Assembly (NCBI GenBank): GCA_965279355.1
Contig: OZ257155.1
Location: forward strand, 4,276,230 to 4,340,229
Direction of reading: 5' to 3'
DNA from: Alphaproteobacteria bacterium
Lineage (GTDB): Bacteria; Pseudomonadota; Alphaproteobacteria; CACIAM-22H2
Length of the DNA: 64,000 bases
The position numbers and the translations under genes are program-made. Below, piece by piece: positions 51,785 to 61,606 of this stretch. Positions within the stretch are counted from its first letter, which is position 1, and each line of letters opens with the position of its first letter. A model generated the notes under the pieces. That model was not told the origin of the DNA. It saw nothing but the letters and a program-made list of their open reading frames with translations, and ran no database searches.

Positions 51785-52201
51785 TTAAATCTTCGTAATG
51801 TTGGCGGGCTTCCGCTTCTTGCCAGCCGCCGGTTTCTTGCCAGCTACCGGTTTGCGCTTGGGCGCTTTCGCTTGCTGGGCGCGGAGTGCCACGCCAAGCG
51901 CATCAGCAGCCCAGCGGCACATGTCCTCCGGTTCATCGAACAGTTCCGGTGGCGCCTCCAGATAGGAAGTCTCGATCAGCTTGCCGCCTTTCTTGAACGA
52001 GAAGGGCGCGCTTCCCGCCTCGACGTATCCGGCGCGATTGCGGTCGTCCGTCTTGAAGTAAAGCGTGTCGCGGATGATCAGCCCGAACATCACGCCCTGT
52101 TTATGAAGGCCGTGTCCGCTGAACATGCGACGCGCCGACACCCCGCCCCAGTCGGAGAGGAGATCGAGGATATGCGCGATGGTGGCATCACTGTTCGCCA
52201 T
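51785..52201 (-). CDS. TfoX/Sxy N-terminal domain-containing protein
   Basis: 138 aa. It has a TfoX_N-like core (RRMFSGHGLHKQGVMFGLIIRDTLYFK) and a Lys/Pro/Ala-rich basic tail. Confidence 0.8.
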   Translation of the reverse strand: MANSDATIAHILDLLSDWGGVSARRMFSGHGLHKQGVMFGLIIRDTLYFKTDDRNRAGYVEAGSAPFSFKKGGKLIETSYLEAPPELFDEPEDMCRWAADALGVALRAQQAKAPKRKPVAGKKPAAGKKRKPANITKI

Positions 52202-52329
52202 GGGATTCCGATTCTAGATACTTTCCCGCCAGAACATCAGGGTTTTGCCCCAGAGGCACCGGTACTGGAGGCTGTTAGGGTCCGGTATCGAACGCAGAAT
52301 CACGCCGACTTCAGTGCCGAAACGAGATC

Positions 52330-52662
52330 ATGCCAATTTTGACGATGCGGGGGCCGTTCCGGCTCGCTCCGGATATTCTTGATAAGTCGGTGCCGCGCAG
52401 TAGTGGTGTCTTTGCCCTCGGCGCGCTCAATCACAAAGGCTCGATCGTGGTTTCCGAGATCGGACGCTCGGATGGCGATGTGTTGTCTGCGCTGAAAGAG
52501 CTCGTTGGCCGTTACGAGGCCTTTGTCTATGAAGAGGCATCCTCGCCCAAGGAAGCCTTTGAGATGGAATGCGAGCTGTATCATCAGTTCCGGCCGACCT
52601 CGAAACATCCGACACCTGACGACGATACCTGGGCTTGCCCGGTGTGCTCGCGCCAGAGCTAG
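52330..52662 (+). CDS. hypothetical protein, possible GIY-YIG-like fold
   Basis: 110 aa. GVFALG...IVVSEIGRS...ECELYH loosely matches GIY-YIG blocks, and the C-terminal CPVC may form half a zinc site. The assignment is weak. Confidence 0.5.
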   Translation: MPILTMRGPFRLAPDILDKSVPRSSGVFALGALNHKGSIVVSEIGRSDGDVLSALKELVGRYEAFVYEEASSPKEAFEMECELYHQFRPTSKHPTPDDDTWACPVCSRQS

Positions 52663-53678
52663 GCGTCCGGTCGGATCCGGACGATCTGCCGCCCGAGATT
52701 GGCGCCGCTCAGCACGCGCAGCAGTGCCGCCGGAGCATTCTCCAGCCCGTCCATGATGTCCTCGCGGTCGCGCAGCTTTCCCTCACGTCGCCATGCGAGC
52801 AGGTCCGCGACCGCCGTCTCGAACAGATCGAAATGGTCGAGGATGATGAAGCCCTGCACCCGGGCGCGCGCGACAAGGACCGACCGCTCGACACGCGGCC
52901 CGGTCGGCGCGGTTCCTGTCGGCATGCTGATGGTGCCGCAGATCGCCACACGACCATGCGTGTTGAGCTGCGGCAGCACGGCGTCGAGCGTGGCGCCGCC
53001 GACATTGTCGAAATAGACATCGATCCCGTTGGGGCAGGCCGCTTTTAAAGCCGCGGCGATATCGCCGCATGTCTTGTAGTTGATGACGGTGTCATAGCCG
53101 AACACTTCGCGGCAGAGCTGCGCCTTCTCGTCGCTGCCGGTGAGGCCGACGGTGCGGCAGCCCTTCAGCTTGGCGATCTGGCCGGCGGCGCTGCCGACTG
53201 AGCCTGCGGCAGTGGAAACGACCACCGTCTCGCCGGGTTTCGGCTCGCCGATCTTCAGCATGCCGTACCAGGCGGTGAAGCCGGTCATTCCGAGTACGCC
53301 GAGATAGGCGGAGAGCGGCGCGGCTTCAGGGTCGACGCGGCGCCAGACATTGCTGCCGTCGGAGACCGCCCATTCCTGCCAGCCGAACAGGCCGTAGAGA
53401 TGATCGCCGGGTTTGTAGTCGGGATGGTTGGATTGCGTGACCCGCGAGATGGCGCGGCTGCGCATCACGCTGCCGACCTTCACCGGCTCTGCGTAGTTGC
53501 GCGCGGCATTGATCCAGCCGCGCATGGCCGGATCGATGCCAAGAAACAGATTCTGCGACAGGAACTGCCCGGGGCCGGGGACCGGTATGGGCGCGCTGCA
53601 CAGCTCGAAATTGTCGAGCGTCGGCAGCGTCGCGGGATTTGATTTAAGGAGGACCTGCCGGTTGAGCGCCTCGGCCAT
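52659..53678 (-). CDS. NADP-dependent oxidoreductase, MDR family (alkenal/one reductase-like)
   Basis: 339 aa with the GAAGSVGSAAGQIAK cofactor-binding motif. The ADH_N_2/ADH_zinc_N arrangement lacks zinc ligands. Confidence 0.88.
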   Translation of the reverse strand: MAEALNRQVLLKSNPATLPTLDNFELCSAPIPVPGPGQFLSQNLFLGIDPAMRGWINAARNYAEPVKVGSVMRSRAISRVTQSNHPDYKPGDHLYGLFGWQEWAVSDGSNVWRRVDPEAAPLSAYLGVLGMTGFTAWYGMLKIGEPKPGETVVVSTAAGSVGSAAGQIAKLKGCRTVGLTGSDEKAQLCREVFGYDTVINYKTCGDIAAALKAACPNGIDVYFDNVGGATLDAVLPQLNTHGRVAICGTISMPTGTAPTGPRVERSVLVARARVQGFIILDHFDLFETAVADLLAWRREGKLRDREDIMDGLENAPAALLRVLSGANLGRQIVRIRPDA

Positions 53679-53699
53679 CGCTTGGGTCGCTCGGTTCGC

Positions 53700-55319
<1,620 letters not shown>

Positions 55320-55355
55320 CTTAGTCCTCTCGAACGGAAGGCTTGGGAAGCGCGC

Positions 55356-55889
55356 TTATTTCTTGCGCGCGTCGGATTTGCGAAACGCATCGAGCGCCAC
55401 CACGCGGCTGCCGTCATCGGGTGACGGCGGTGCGGCGGGCGCAGTCTCAGGTTCGGATGCCGCGGGGCTTGCCGGCGCGAGAGCGTTGCTTTTGAGCGGC
55501 GTCAGCGCGGTGACCGGCGCATTCGCCGGCGGCGTGACCGAGAACTGCAGGCCGAACTGGACCGACGGGTCGACGAATGCGCTGACCGCCGCGAACGGAA
55601 CAACAAGCCGCTCCTGCTGGCCGTTGAAGCTCAGCGAAACCTTGAAACCCGTATCGCTGGCTTCCAGGCCCCAATACTGGTGCTGGATGACGATGGTCAT
55701 CTCTTCGGGATGACGCTCACGCAGATGATCGGGGATATCCACGCCGGGATAGGTAGTGCGGAACGTCAGATAGAAATGATGCTGGCCCATCAGGCCGCGT
55801 TCGGCGACGACGGCGAGCGCTCGGCGCATGACGCCGCGCAGCGCTTCTTCGGTCATCGCTTGATAATTCAATGGATCGTCCGCCACCAA
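55356..55889 (-). CDS. sspB: ClpXP adaptor SspB (alphaproteobacterial type)
   Basis: 177 aa. An SspB fold region (ALRGVMRRALAVVAERGLMGQHHFYLTFRT) is followed by a Pro/Ala-rich linker and a basic C-terminal ClpX-binding tail (LDAFRKSDARKK). TTG start with a GGAG SD. Confidence 0.85.
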   Translation of the reverse strand: MVADDPLNYQAMTEEALRGVMRRALAVVAERGLMGQHHFYLTFRTTYPGVDIPDHLRERHPEEMTIVIQHQYWGLEASDTGFKVSLSFNGQQERLVVPFAAVSAFVDPSVQFGLQFSVTPPANAPVTALTPLKSNALAPASPAASEPETAPAAPPSPDDGSRVVALDAFRKSDARKK

Positions 55890-55932
55890 CCCGCTCCGTC
55901 GCTGGTCCCCGAGAGGGGCACTATAGCCGTTT

Positions 55933-56263
55933 CAAAGAAATCAGTGGGGGGCTTCTGTTGCCCGGTGCCCCCCGAACCGCGCTACTTAGTCTGCTTTAAA
56001 TCCCGTTAGGGATTATCAAGCTGCCTTAGCAGCGAGAGCAACGTTATCGTTGGCATCTCTAGTTTGACCCGATAACGGCGGTATCATGCCGGGCGAACTT
56101 CGTACCTTTCCCCGCACGTCGATCCTGATTCGCCCCCGTAAGGCCACCGCGCTGCCTTGAAGGGCGATCGCGTGGTGGCAAATGGTGGAGGCGCCGGGCT
56201 CTGCCCCCGGGTCCGTGGCGGCTATTACGCACGCCCTTTATCGCCATAGTCGGTTTCCCGACC
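55933..56263 (-). ncRNA. ssrA: transfer-messenger RNA, circularly permuted two-piece form (acceptor piece then coding piece)
   Basis: The minus strand carries an acceptor piece ending GGACCCGGGGGCAGAGCCCGGCGCCUCCACCA (3' end at 56183). A 45-nt spacer follows. The coding piece then starts GGGGGCGAAUCAGGAUCGACGUGCGGG (from 56137). The tag ORF is GCC AAC GAU AAC GUU GCU CUC GCU GCU AAG GCA GCU UGA UAA, giving ANDNVALAAKAA** (56064-56023). A terminator hairpin lies at 55946-55973. GGGGGCG/CGCCUCC pairing gives G3:U70. Confidence 0.8.
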
Positions 56264-56268
56264 CGCAA

Positions 56269-56297
56269 AATATAGGGATTTCAGAGGGCAGTTGGAA
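56269..56297 (-). promoter_or_regulatory. sigma70-like promoter of ssrA
   Basis: On the minus strand: -35 TTCCAA (56297-56292), a 17-nt spacer, then -10 TATATT (56274-56269). The predicted transcript start is about 56263. Confidence 0.45.
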
Positions 56298-56322
56298 GGG
56301 GCGCGGCTCAAATGCCGGGCGC

Positions 56323-56352
56323 GCAAAAGAAAAAGGGCCGCATAAGCGGCCC
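56323..56352 (-). terminator. rho-independent terminator just upstream of the ssrA promoter (insulator against read-through)
   Basis: On the minus strand: stem GGGCCGC-uuau-GCGGCCC (56335-56352), followed by UUUUUCUUUUG (56334-56324). Confidence 0.4.
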
Positions 56353-56515
56353 AGAGGTTCCAACAGGGAGGCGTCAAACCGGGTCGGAGGACCCGGGGAC
56401 CGCCGGCCGAGGGAGGATGGCCGCGATCAAGTGGCAGAATACTGGACTGCCCTTAAAACATGCTTAACGGCAAAAAGGCCTGTACCGGCTGGCGGCCCCC
56501 GCTCAGAATGCGGCC

Positions 56516-56743
56516 ATGGACGCGACGACCGCATGGCTGGTGCTGGGAATCTTCTATTTCGCGCCGCTTCTGCACGTCCTGCTGTCGCCGTCGGCCGGCA
56601 GCTTCCGCGCCGCCCCGGAGAGCGGGTGCCCGATGGGGCCCAAGCTCGGCTGGCTGGTGATGGTCCTGCTGCTAGGACCGATCGGCTGGCTGATGTTCAT
56701 GACGCGCAAGACGCGTCGGCGCCAGCCCGACACTATTTCCTGA
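56516..56743 (+). CDS. small membrane protein, PLDc_N-like (cardiolipin synthase N-terminal domain family)
   Basis: 75 aa with two TM helices, the LGWLVMVLLLGPIGWLMFM motif, a basic tail and strong GC3 codon bias. There is no obvious SD. It is convergent with the DUF1192 gene. Confidence 0.5.
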   Translation: MDATTAWLVLGIFYFAPLLHVLLSPSAGSFRAAPESGCPMGPKLGWLVMVLLLGPIGWLMFMTRKTRRRQPDTIS

Positions 56744-56749
56744 AGCCAG

Positions 56750-56932
56750 CTATTTCTTGAAAAACGCCGCCGCCGCGGCGCGGTGATCCTGCTTGCCGGC
56801 GATCGTCTTTTTCGCGCGGGCGATTTCCGCTTCCAGATTGCCGATGTAGTCGTTCAGCTCGTTCACCGACCACGATGAGAGGTCGCGGGGCTTGGTCATC
56901 TGCTTGCGCGGTTCCAAGTCTTCGAAATCCAT
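56750..56932 (-). CDS. DUF1192 domain-containing protein
   Basis: 60 aa. MDFEDLEPRK...DLSSWSVNELNDYIGNLEAEIARAKKTIAGKQDHRAAAAAFFKK matches the conserved alphaproteobacterial DUF1192 pattern. Confidence 0.8.
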   Translation of the reverse strand: MDFEDLEPRKQMTKPRDLSSWSVNELNDYIGNLEAEIARAKKTIAGKQDHRAAAAAFFKK

Positions 56933-57026
56933 GGCTTGCCTCCGGATGAGGGATACTTGTCAGTTTCCGCCGGGACGTTTAGACCTGCAACCCTCTTGAC
57001 CATAAAAACCGGATGGGGCGCGCCCA

Positions 57027-58019
57027 ATGTCTGTTCCCGCGACGATGAAGTTTGTCGACATCACCACGCCCGGTGGCCTGGAGGTCCTGAAAATCAATGA
57101 GCGGCCGACGCCCAAGCCCGGCGCCAATGAAGTCCTGGTCAAGGCTGCCGCCGCGGGCCTCAATCGCGCCGATCTGATCCAGCGCCAGGGCAAGTATCCG
57201 CCGCCCCCGGGCGCCTCCGACATCATGGGGCTTGAGATTTCGGGCACGATCGCGGCGCTGGGTGACGGTGTGACTGGCTGGAATGTCGGCGATCAGACCT
57301 GCGCGCTGCTCGCGGGCGGCGGTTATGCCGAGTATTGCGTGGTGCCGGCGCCGCAATTGATGCCGATCCCCAAGGGCCTGACGCTGATCGATGCCGCCGC
57401 CGTACCCGAAGCGGTGATGACGGTGTGGACCAACGTCTTCGATCGCGGCCGGCTGAAATCAGGCGAAGTGTTCTTCGTGCATGGCGGCTCCAGCGGCATC
57501 GGCACCTGGGCGATCCAGATGGCCCGCGAGTTCGGCGCGCGCGTGTTCACTACGGCCGGCACCCCAGAGAAATGTGCCTTCTGCGTCACGCTCGGGGCCG
57601 AGCGGGCGATCAACTACAAGATCGAAGATTTCGAAGAGGTGATGAAGGCGGAGACCAAGGGCGTCGACGTGACGCTCGACATGGTCGCCGCCGACTACAT
57701 CGGCAAGGATCTCGCCATGGCCAAGCCGGACGGCCGGGTCGTCTGCATTGCCGTGCAGAAGGGCGTGAAGTCCGAGATCAACATGGCGACGCTCATGCGC
57801 AACCGCCTGACCCTGACCGGCTCGACCCTGCGCCCCCGCCCGGTGGCGGAGAAGGGGCAGATCGCCGAGGCGGTCCGGAAAAACGTGTGGCCGCTGATCG
57901 AGGCGGGCAAGGTCAAGCCCATCATCCACGCCAAATATCCCATGGCCCAGGTGGCGGAGGCCCAGAAGGTGATGGAGGCCAGCACCCATATCGGGAAAAT
58001 CCTGCTCACCATGGGGTGA
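57027..58019 (+). CDS. NAD(P)H:quinone oxidoreductase (Qor/zeta-crystallin-like MDR)
   Basis: 330 aa. A GroES-like N domain is followed by GGSSGIGTWAIQMAR Rossmann motif. The start may be 6 codons later (MKFVDIT). Confidence 0.88.
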   Translation: MSVPATMKFVDITTPGGLEVLKINERPTPKPGANEVLVKAAAAGLNRADLIQRQGKYPPPPGASDIMGLEISGTIAALGDGVTGWNVGDQTCALLAGGGYAEYCVVPAPQLMPIPKGLTLIDAAAVPEAVMTVWTNVFDRGRLKSGEVFFVHGGSSGIGTWAIQMAREFGARVFTTAGTPEKCAFCVTLGAERAINYKIEDFEEVMKAETKGVDVTLDMVAADYIGKDLAMAKPDGRVVCIAVQKGVKSEINMATLMRNRLTLTGSTLRPRPVAEKGQIAEAVRKNVWPLIEAGKVKPIIHAKYPMAQVAEAQKVMEASTHIGKILLTMG

Positions 58020-58129
58020 AAGTCCTTTGACCGGGGCAGGGTCCGCCTATATATAAAGCCATCCCGAAATTCCCGGTGTGGTTCGAGTTTCCCTTAAAGG
58101 AAACGATACCCGCGCCATTTGCGGAGGCT

Positions 58130-58837
58130 CCCATGACACTCCCGCTCATGCCCAAAGCAACAGCGGTCTGGCTGGTCGAGAACACGGCGCTCACCTTTGA
58201 GCAGATTGCCGAGTTCTGCGGCATGCACGCTCTCGAAGTCCAGGGCATCGCCGACGGCGAAGTCGCCATCGGCATTGTCGGACTCGATCCGGTTGTCAGC
58301 GGCCAGCTCACCCGCGAAGAGATCGTTCGCTGCGAGGCTGATCGCAATGCTCGGCTGCAGCTTGCCAAGTCCGACCTGCCGGAAGTGACCGGTCGCGGCA
58401 AGGCGGCGAACTACACCCCGGTGTCCAAGCGCCAGGAACGGCCGCACGCCATTGCGTGGCTGCTGCGCCATCACCCGGAACTGACCGACGCGCAGATCCG
58501 TCATATGGTCGGAACGACCAATACGACGATCCAGAAGATCCGCGACCGCTCACACCCGGAAACGCCGAACCTCAAGCCGCGCGATCCGGTGGCGCTCGGT
58601 CTCTGTACCCAGGCACAGCTCGACGAGGCGCTCGACAAGTCGCATCGCTCGGCGCTGCGCGCCAAGCGCGAGGCGGACCGTCAGGCCCGCCGCGCCGCCA
58701 AGGCGCTGGAAGACGCGGAAGCGGCGAAGGAAGCCGATGCTGCTCGCGAAGCCGCTGCCCAGCTCGATGCCGCGACGACCGAAGTCGAGGAATCGACCCC
58801 GGCCGAGAGCTCGGAGAGCGAGACTCCGCGCAGCTGA
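58130..58837 (+). CDS. DUF1013 domain-containing protein (TrcR-like cell-cycle regulator family)
   Basis: 236 aa counted from MTLPLMPKATAVWLVENTALTFEQIAEFCGMH (ATG 58130, GGAGG SD). It has a conserved DUF1013 N-terminal domain and an Ala/Glu-rich charged tail. The track ORF starts 18 codons earlier. Confidence 0.8.
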   Translation, partial: PMTLPLMPKATAVWLVENTALTFEQIAEFCGMHALEVQGIADGEVAIGIVGLDPVVSGQLTREEIVRCEADRNARLQLAKSDLPEVTGRGKAANYTPVSKRQERPHAIAWLLRHHPELTDAQIRHMVGTTNTTIQKIRDRSHPETPNLKPRDPVALGLCTQAQLDEALDKSHRSALRAKREADRQARRAAKALEDAEAAKEADAAREAAAQLDAATTEVEESTPAESSESETPRS

Positions 58838-58847
58838 GTGATGCGGC

Positions 58848-60629
58848 TTACGCCGCGCTGACTTCCGGCCTTTTCAGACGCACGACATTAAAGACCTTCA
58901 CGGGCCGACGGATGCCTTTGAGGGTGAGGTCCTGCGCCTCTTCGCAATCCACGAGATGCGCGACCTCGGCGTGGACGGCGCTGTCAACCAGGATTTGGCC
59001 GTCCCGCGCTTCGCCGCACAGGCGCGCCGATAGATTCACCACAGAGCCGATGGCCGAGTAGTCGAAGCGGCCTTCGAAGCCGATGCGGCCCAATGTGGCG
59101 AAGCCATGGGTGATGCCGACGCCGAAGCCAAGTTGGTGGCCGGCGGCACGCCATTTGGCACTCAGCACTGCCATCGATGTCTGCATCTCTACCGCCATGC
59201 GCACGGCGCGTACTGAAGGGTCGGGGCAGGGGATCGGATCGTTGAAGAGAACCAGCACGCCGTCGCCGACAAAGCGCTCCAGCGTTCCCTCGAATTTGTG
59301 GATCAGCTCACCAAGCGCCGCGTGATACTCGTGCAGCACGGTCATGACTTCTTCCGGCTCCGCTGCTTCAGCGAAGGCCGTGAAGCCGCGCATGTCGCAG
59401 AACACGACCGAGACTTCGCGGCGATGGCTTTCGAGCATCTTGTCGCTGCCGGTTGATTCAATGACCTCGGCAAGCTGCGGCGACAGGAATCGCCGCAGGC
59501 GTCCGACCCGTTCCTCGCGTTCCTTGGAATCGCGTAGCTCCGTCGACATGGTGTTGAACTGATCGGCCAGCGCCTCGATCTCGTCGCCGGTCTTCACCTC
59601 GACACGGGCACCAAGATCGCCGCTGCCGATGCGGGCGGCACCGGCCTGTAAGGCGCGGATCGGCACGACCATGCGCCGTGCCAGAAACAACGCCGCGAGG
59701 ATTGCGCCGAGCAGACCGAGCAGCAGCACGAAGCCGCTGCGCTGGATCGATGCGACGAGTGGCGCGTAGGCTTCATCGAGCGGCAGTTCGGCGAACACCC
59801 ACCAGCCGAGCGGCGCGATGGGCGCATAGGCGGCCAGTACGCGCTTGCCCTGGAAATCCTCGGTGGAAAGCGCCCGTTCGGGTGACGTCCCGCCATTTCG
59901 TGCTGCCGCAACCTGCCGCAAGCCGGAGAAATCGGTGTTGCGCAGAACTAGGCTGATATCGGGGTGCGCGATCAGCCTCCCTCGCGCATCCACGACATAG
60001 GCGCGGCCGCCATTGCCGACCCTGATCTGCGACACGACGTCCCAGATGAATTTGAGATTGACCTCGGCCGCGCTGATACCGGCGTCGCGCCGAGCCCCGG
60101 CGACGGCCAGCGTCATGTACGGCTCGGACTCACGGCGAAAATAGACCGGACCGTTATAGGTTTTCTGCGCCACCGCTTCTTTGAATCGGGGCTCTTGAGA
60201 AAGATCCTGCTGGCTGTCGATCACATCCATGGCGAGCCGCGAGACGCGCAGGCGCTCGCGTCCGGCGGAGTCGATCTGGGTAAGTTCCGTTACCGCGGGC
60301 ACCTGACGCAAAAGGCGCAACGCATCGAAACGGCGCTGATCGAGGACGCCGGCCGACCATGGCAATTGTGTCGTCCAGCCGAGTTGTCCTTCGATTTCCT
60401 TGACGAACTGGCCGATCTTGGTCGCCGCGGCCTCGGCCTGCTCCCGTTGCAGGCGAAACAGGAGTTCGGTCTGGTCGCGGTAGAGAAACCACACTTCGAC
60501 CGCGCCGTTGGCCAGCAGCGCGGCACCGACGACCGACGAGAACAGCAGTACGTATTTGCGAAAAAGGCGGCCGCGTGTTTTGGGCAGCGGCGACACTCCC
60601 GCTTTGAGCACAGCGCCGCCGTCGTTCAC
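58848..60629 (-). CDS. membrane adenylate/guanylate cyclase with periplasmic sensor domain and HAMP domain
   Basis: About 593 aa from the GTG at 60627-60629, which overlaps the upstream SBP stop as GTGA. TM1 is followed by a periplasmic domain of about 270 aa, TM2, a HAMP domain (PIRALQAGAARIGSGDLGARVEV) and a class III cyclase domain (VSVVFCDMRGFTAFAE...ERFVGDGVLVLFN). The track ORF 58848..60866 adds out-of-frame read-through. Confidence 0.85.
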   Translation of the reverse strand: MNDGGAVLKAGVSPLPKTRGRLFRKYVLLFSSVVGAALLANGAVEVWFLYRDQTELLFRLQREQAEAAATKIGQFVKEIEGQLGWTTQLPWSAGVLDQRRFDALRLLRQVPAVTELTQIDSAGRERLRVSRLAMDVIDSQQDLSQEPRFKEAVAQKTYNGPVYFRRESEPYMTLAVAGARRDAGISAAEVNLKFIWDVVSQIRVGNGGRAYVVDARGRLIAHPDISLVLRNTDFSGLRQVAAARNGGTSPERALSTEDFQGKRVLAAYAPIAPLGWWVFAELPLDEAYAPLVASIQRSGFVLLLGLLGAILAALFLARRMVVPIRALQAGAARIGSGDLGARVEVKTGDEIEALADQFNTMSTELRDSKEREERVGRLRRFLSPQLAEVIESTGSDKMLESHRREVSVVFCDMRGFTAFAEAAEPEEVMTVLHEYHAALGELIHKFEGTLERFVGDGVLVLFNDPIPCPDPSVRAVRMAVEMQTSMAVLSAKWRAAGHQLGFGVGITHGFATLGRIGFEGRFDYSAIGSVVNLSARLCGEARDGQILVDSAVHAEVAHLVDCEEAQDLTLKGIRRPVKVFNVVRLKRPEVSAA

Positions 60630-61606
60630 TCGATCACCTCGTCGGCGCGGAAGAGCACGGACTGCGGAATGGTGATCCCGAGCGCCCGCGCGGTCTTGAG
60701 GTTCACCACCAGCTCGAACTTGATCGGGTTCTGAACCGGAATCTCCCCGGGGCTCGCGCCCCGCAAGATACGGTCGACCACATCCGCGCCGCGGCGGAAC
60801 GAGTCTGTGATGTCGGGGCCGTAGGAAATCAGGCCGCCGGCCCGCGCGAACGCACCGTTGCTCCATATTGCCGGCAGCCGCGCGGCAGCGAGCACGGCGA
60901 TGATGGCATCGCGGCGCCCTGCGACGAACGAGGAGGATGCGAGCACGACGCTACCCGGCCCACCCCTCGCGAAGGCGGAGACAGCGGTCTGCAGATCCGC
61001 CATGTCGCGGGTCGAGATGATCGACAGATCGAGAGACAAGCTGCGCGCCGCCGCCTTGACCGCCTCCTGCCAATGCGAGACCTCCGGATTGTCGACGAAC
61101 AGGATGCGCCCCATGCCGGGCGTGATCTCCTTAAGCGTTTCCAGCCACTTGCCGCCCATCGCGATGTCGACGTAATTGGTGAGGCCGGTCATGTTGCCAC
61201 CGGGAAGGGCGAGGCTCTGGACGAAGCCTTGCGCTACCGGTTCTTGAATCATTTGAAAGATAATCGGGGTGGTCGACGTCCGCTCGCGGAGCGCACTCAC
61301 GCCGACATTTCCCATGACCATGATGGCGTCCGGCGCTGTCGCGACGAGCTCAGCAGCGTGAGTCTGGATTCGCGCGTTATCGCCACTGCCCCAGCGGACA
61401 TCGACATTCAGATTGCGTCCCGCCGCCCAGCCGAGCGCCTGCAGCCGTTCAAAGAACGCGGCGTTGTTCGCCAGTTGCGCCGGGTCGTTCTCGGCGGTGA
61501 CCAGCAGCATGCCGATGCGCCGCACGCGTTCGGTTTGCGCGCGCGCAAATTGCGGTCCCGCCAAGAAAGCGCTGGCAGCCAGCGCAATGACGTCGCGCCG
61601 CCTCAC
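60626..61606 (-). CDS. orphan ABC-type periplasmic substrate-binding protein (PF04392 ABC_sub_bind family), copy A
   Basis: 326 aa from a GTG start that overlaps the upstream stop (GTGA). It has a signal peptide [24 protein letters not shown] and a PF04392-type fold. It is about 85% identical to copy C and about 45% identical to copy B. Confidence 0.85.
   Translation of the reverse strand: MRRRDVIALAASAFLAGPQFARAQTERVRRIGMLLVTAENDPAQLANNAAFFERLQALGWAAGRNLNVDVRWGSGDNARIQTHAAELVATAPDAIMVMGNVGVSALRERTSTTPIIFQMIQEPVAQGFVQSLALPGGNMTGLTNYVDIAMGGKWLETLKEITPGMGRILFVDNPEVSHWQEAVKAAARSLSLDLSIISTRDMADLQTAVSAFARGGPGSVVLASSSFVAGRRDAIIAVLAAARLPAIWSNGAFARAGGLISYGPDITDSFRRGADVVDRILRGASPGEIPVQNPIKFELVVNLKTARALGITIPQSVLFRADEVIE

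Noticed and set aside
56173-56180. Second possible CCA end (GCCACCA) 10 nt downstream of CUCCACCA in the tmRNA spacer.
   Set aside because: Only the CUCCACCA end gives a 7-bp acceptor stem with the 5' GGGGGCG including G3:U70. The second CCA lies in the excised intervening segment.
56059-56760. ORFs 56059..56268(-) and 56182..56760(+) across the ssrA region.
   Set aside because: Arg/Gly-rich nonsense. The region is explained by the tmRNA gene, its promoter and terminators. Only the 3' part of the plus ORF, in a different frame (56516..56743), looks like a real small membrane protein.
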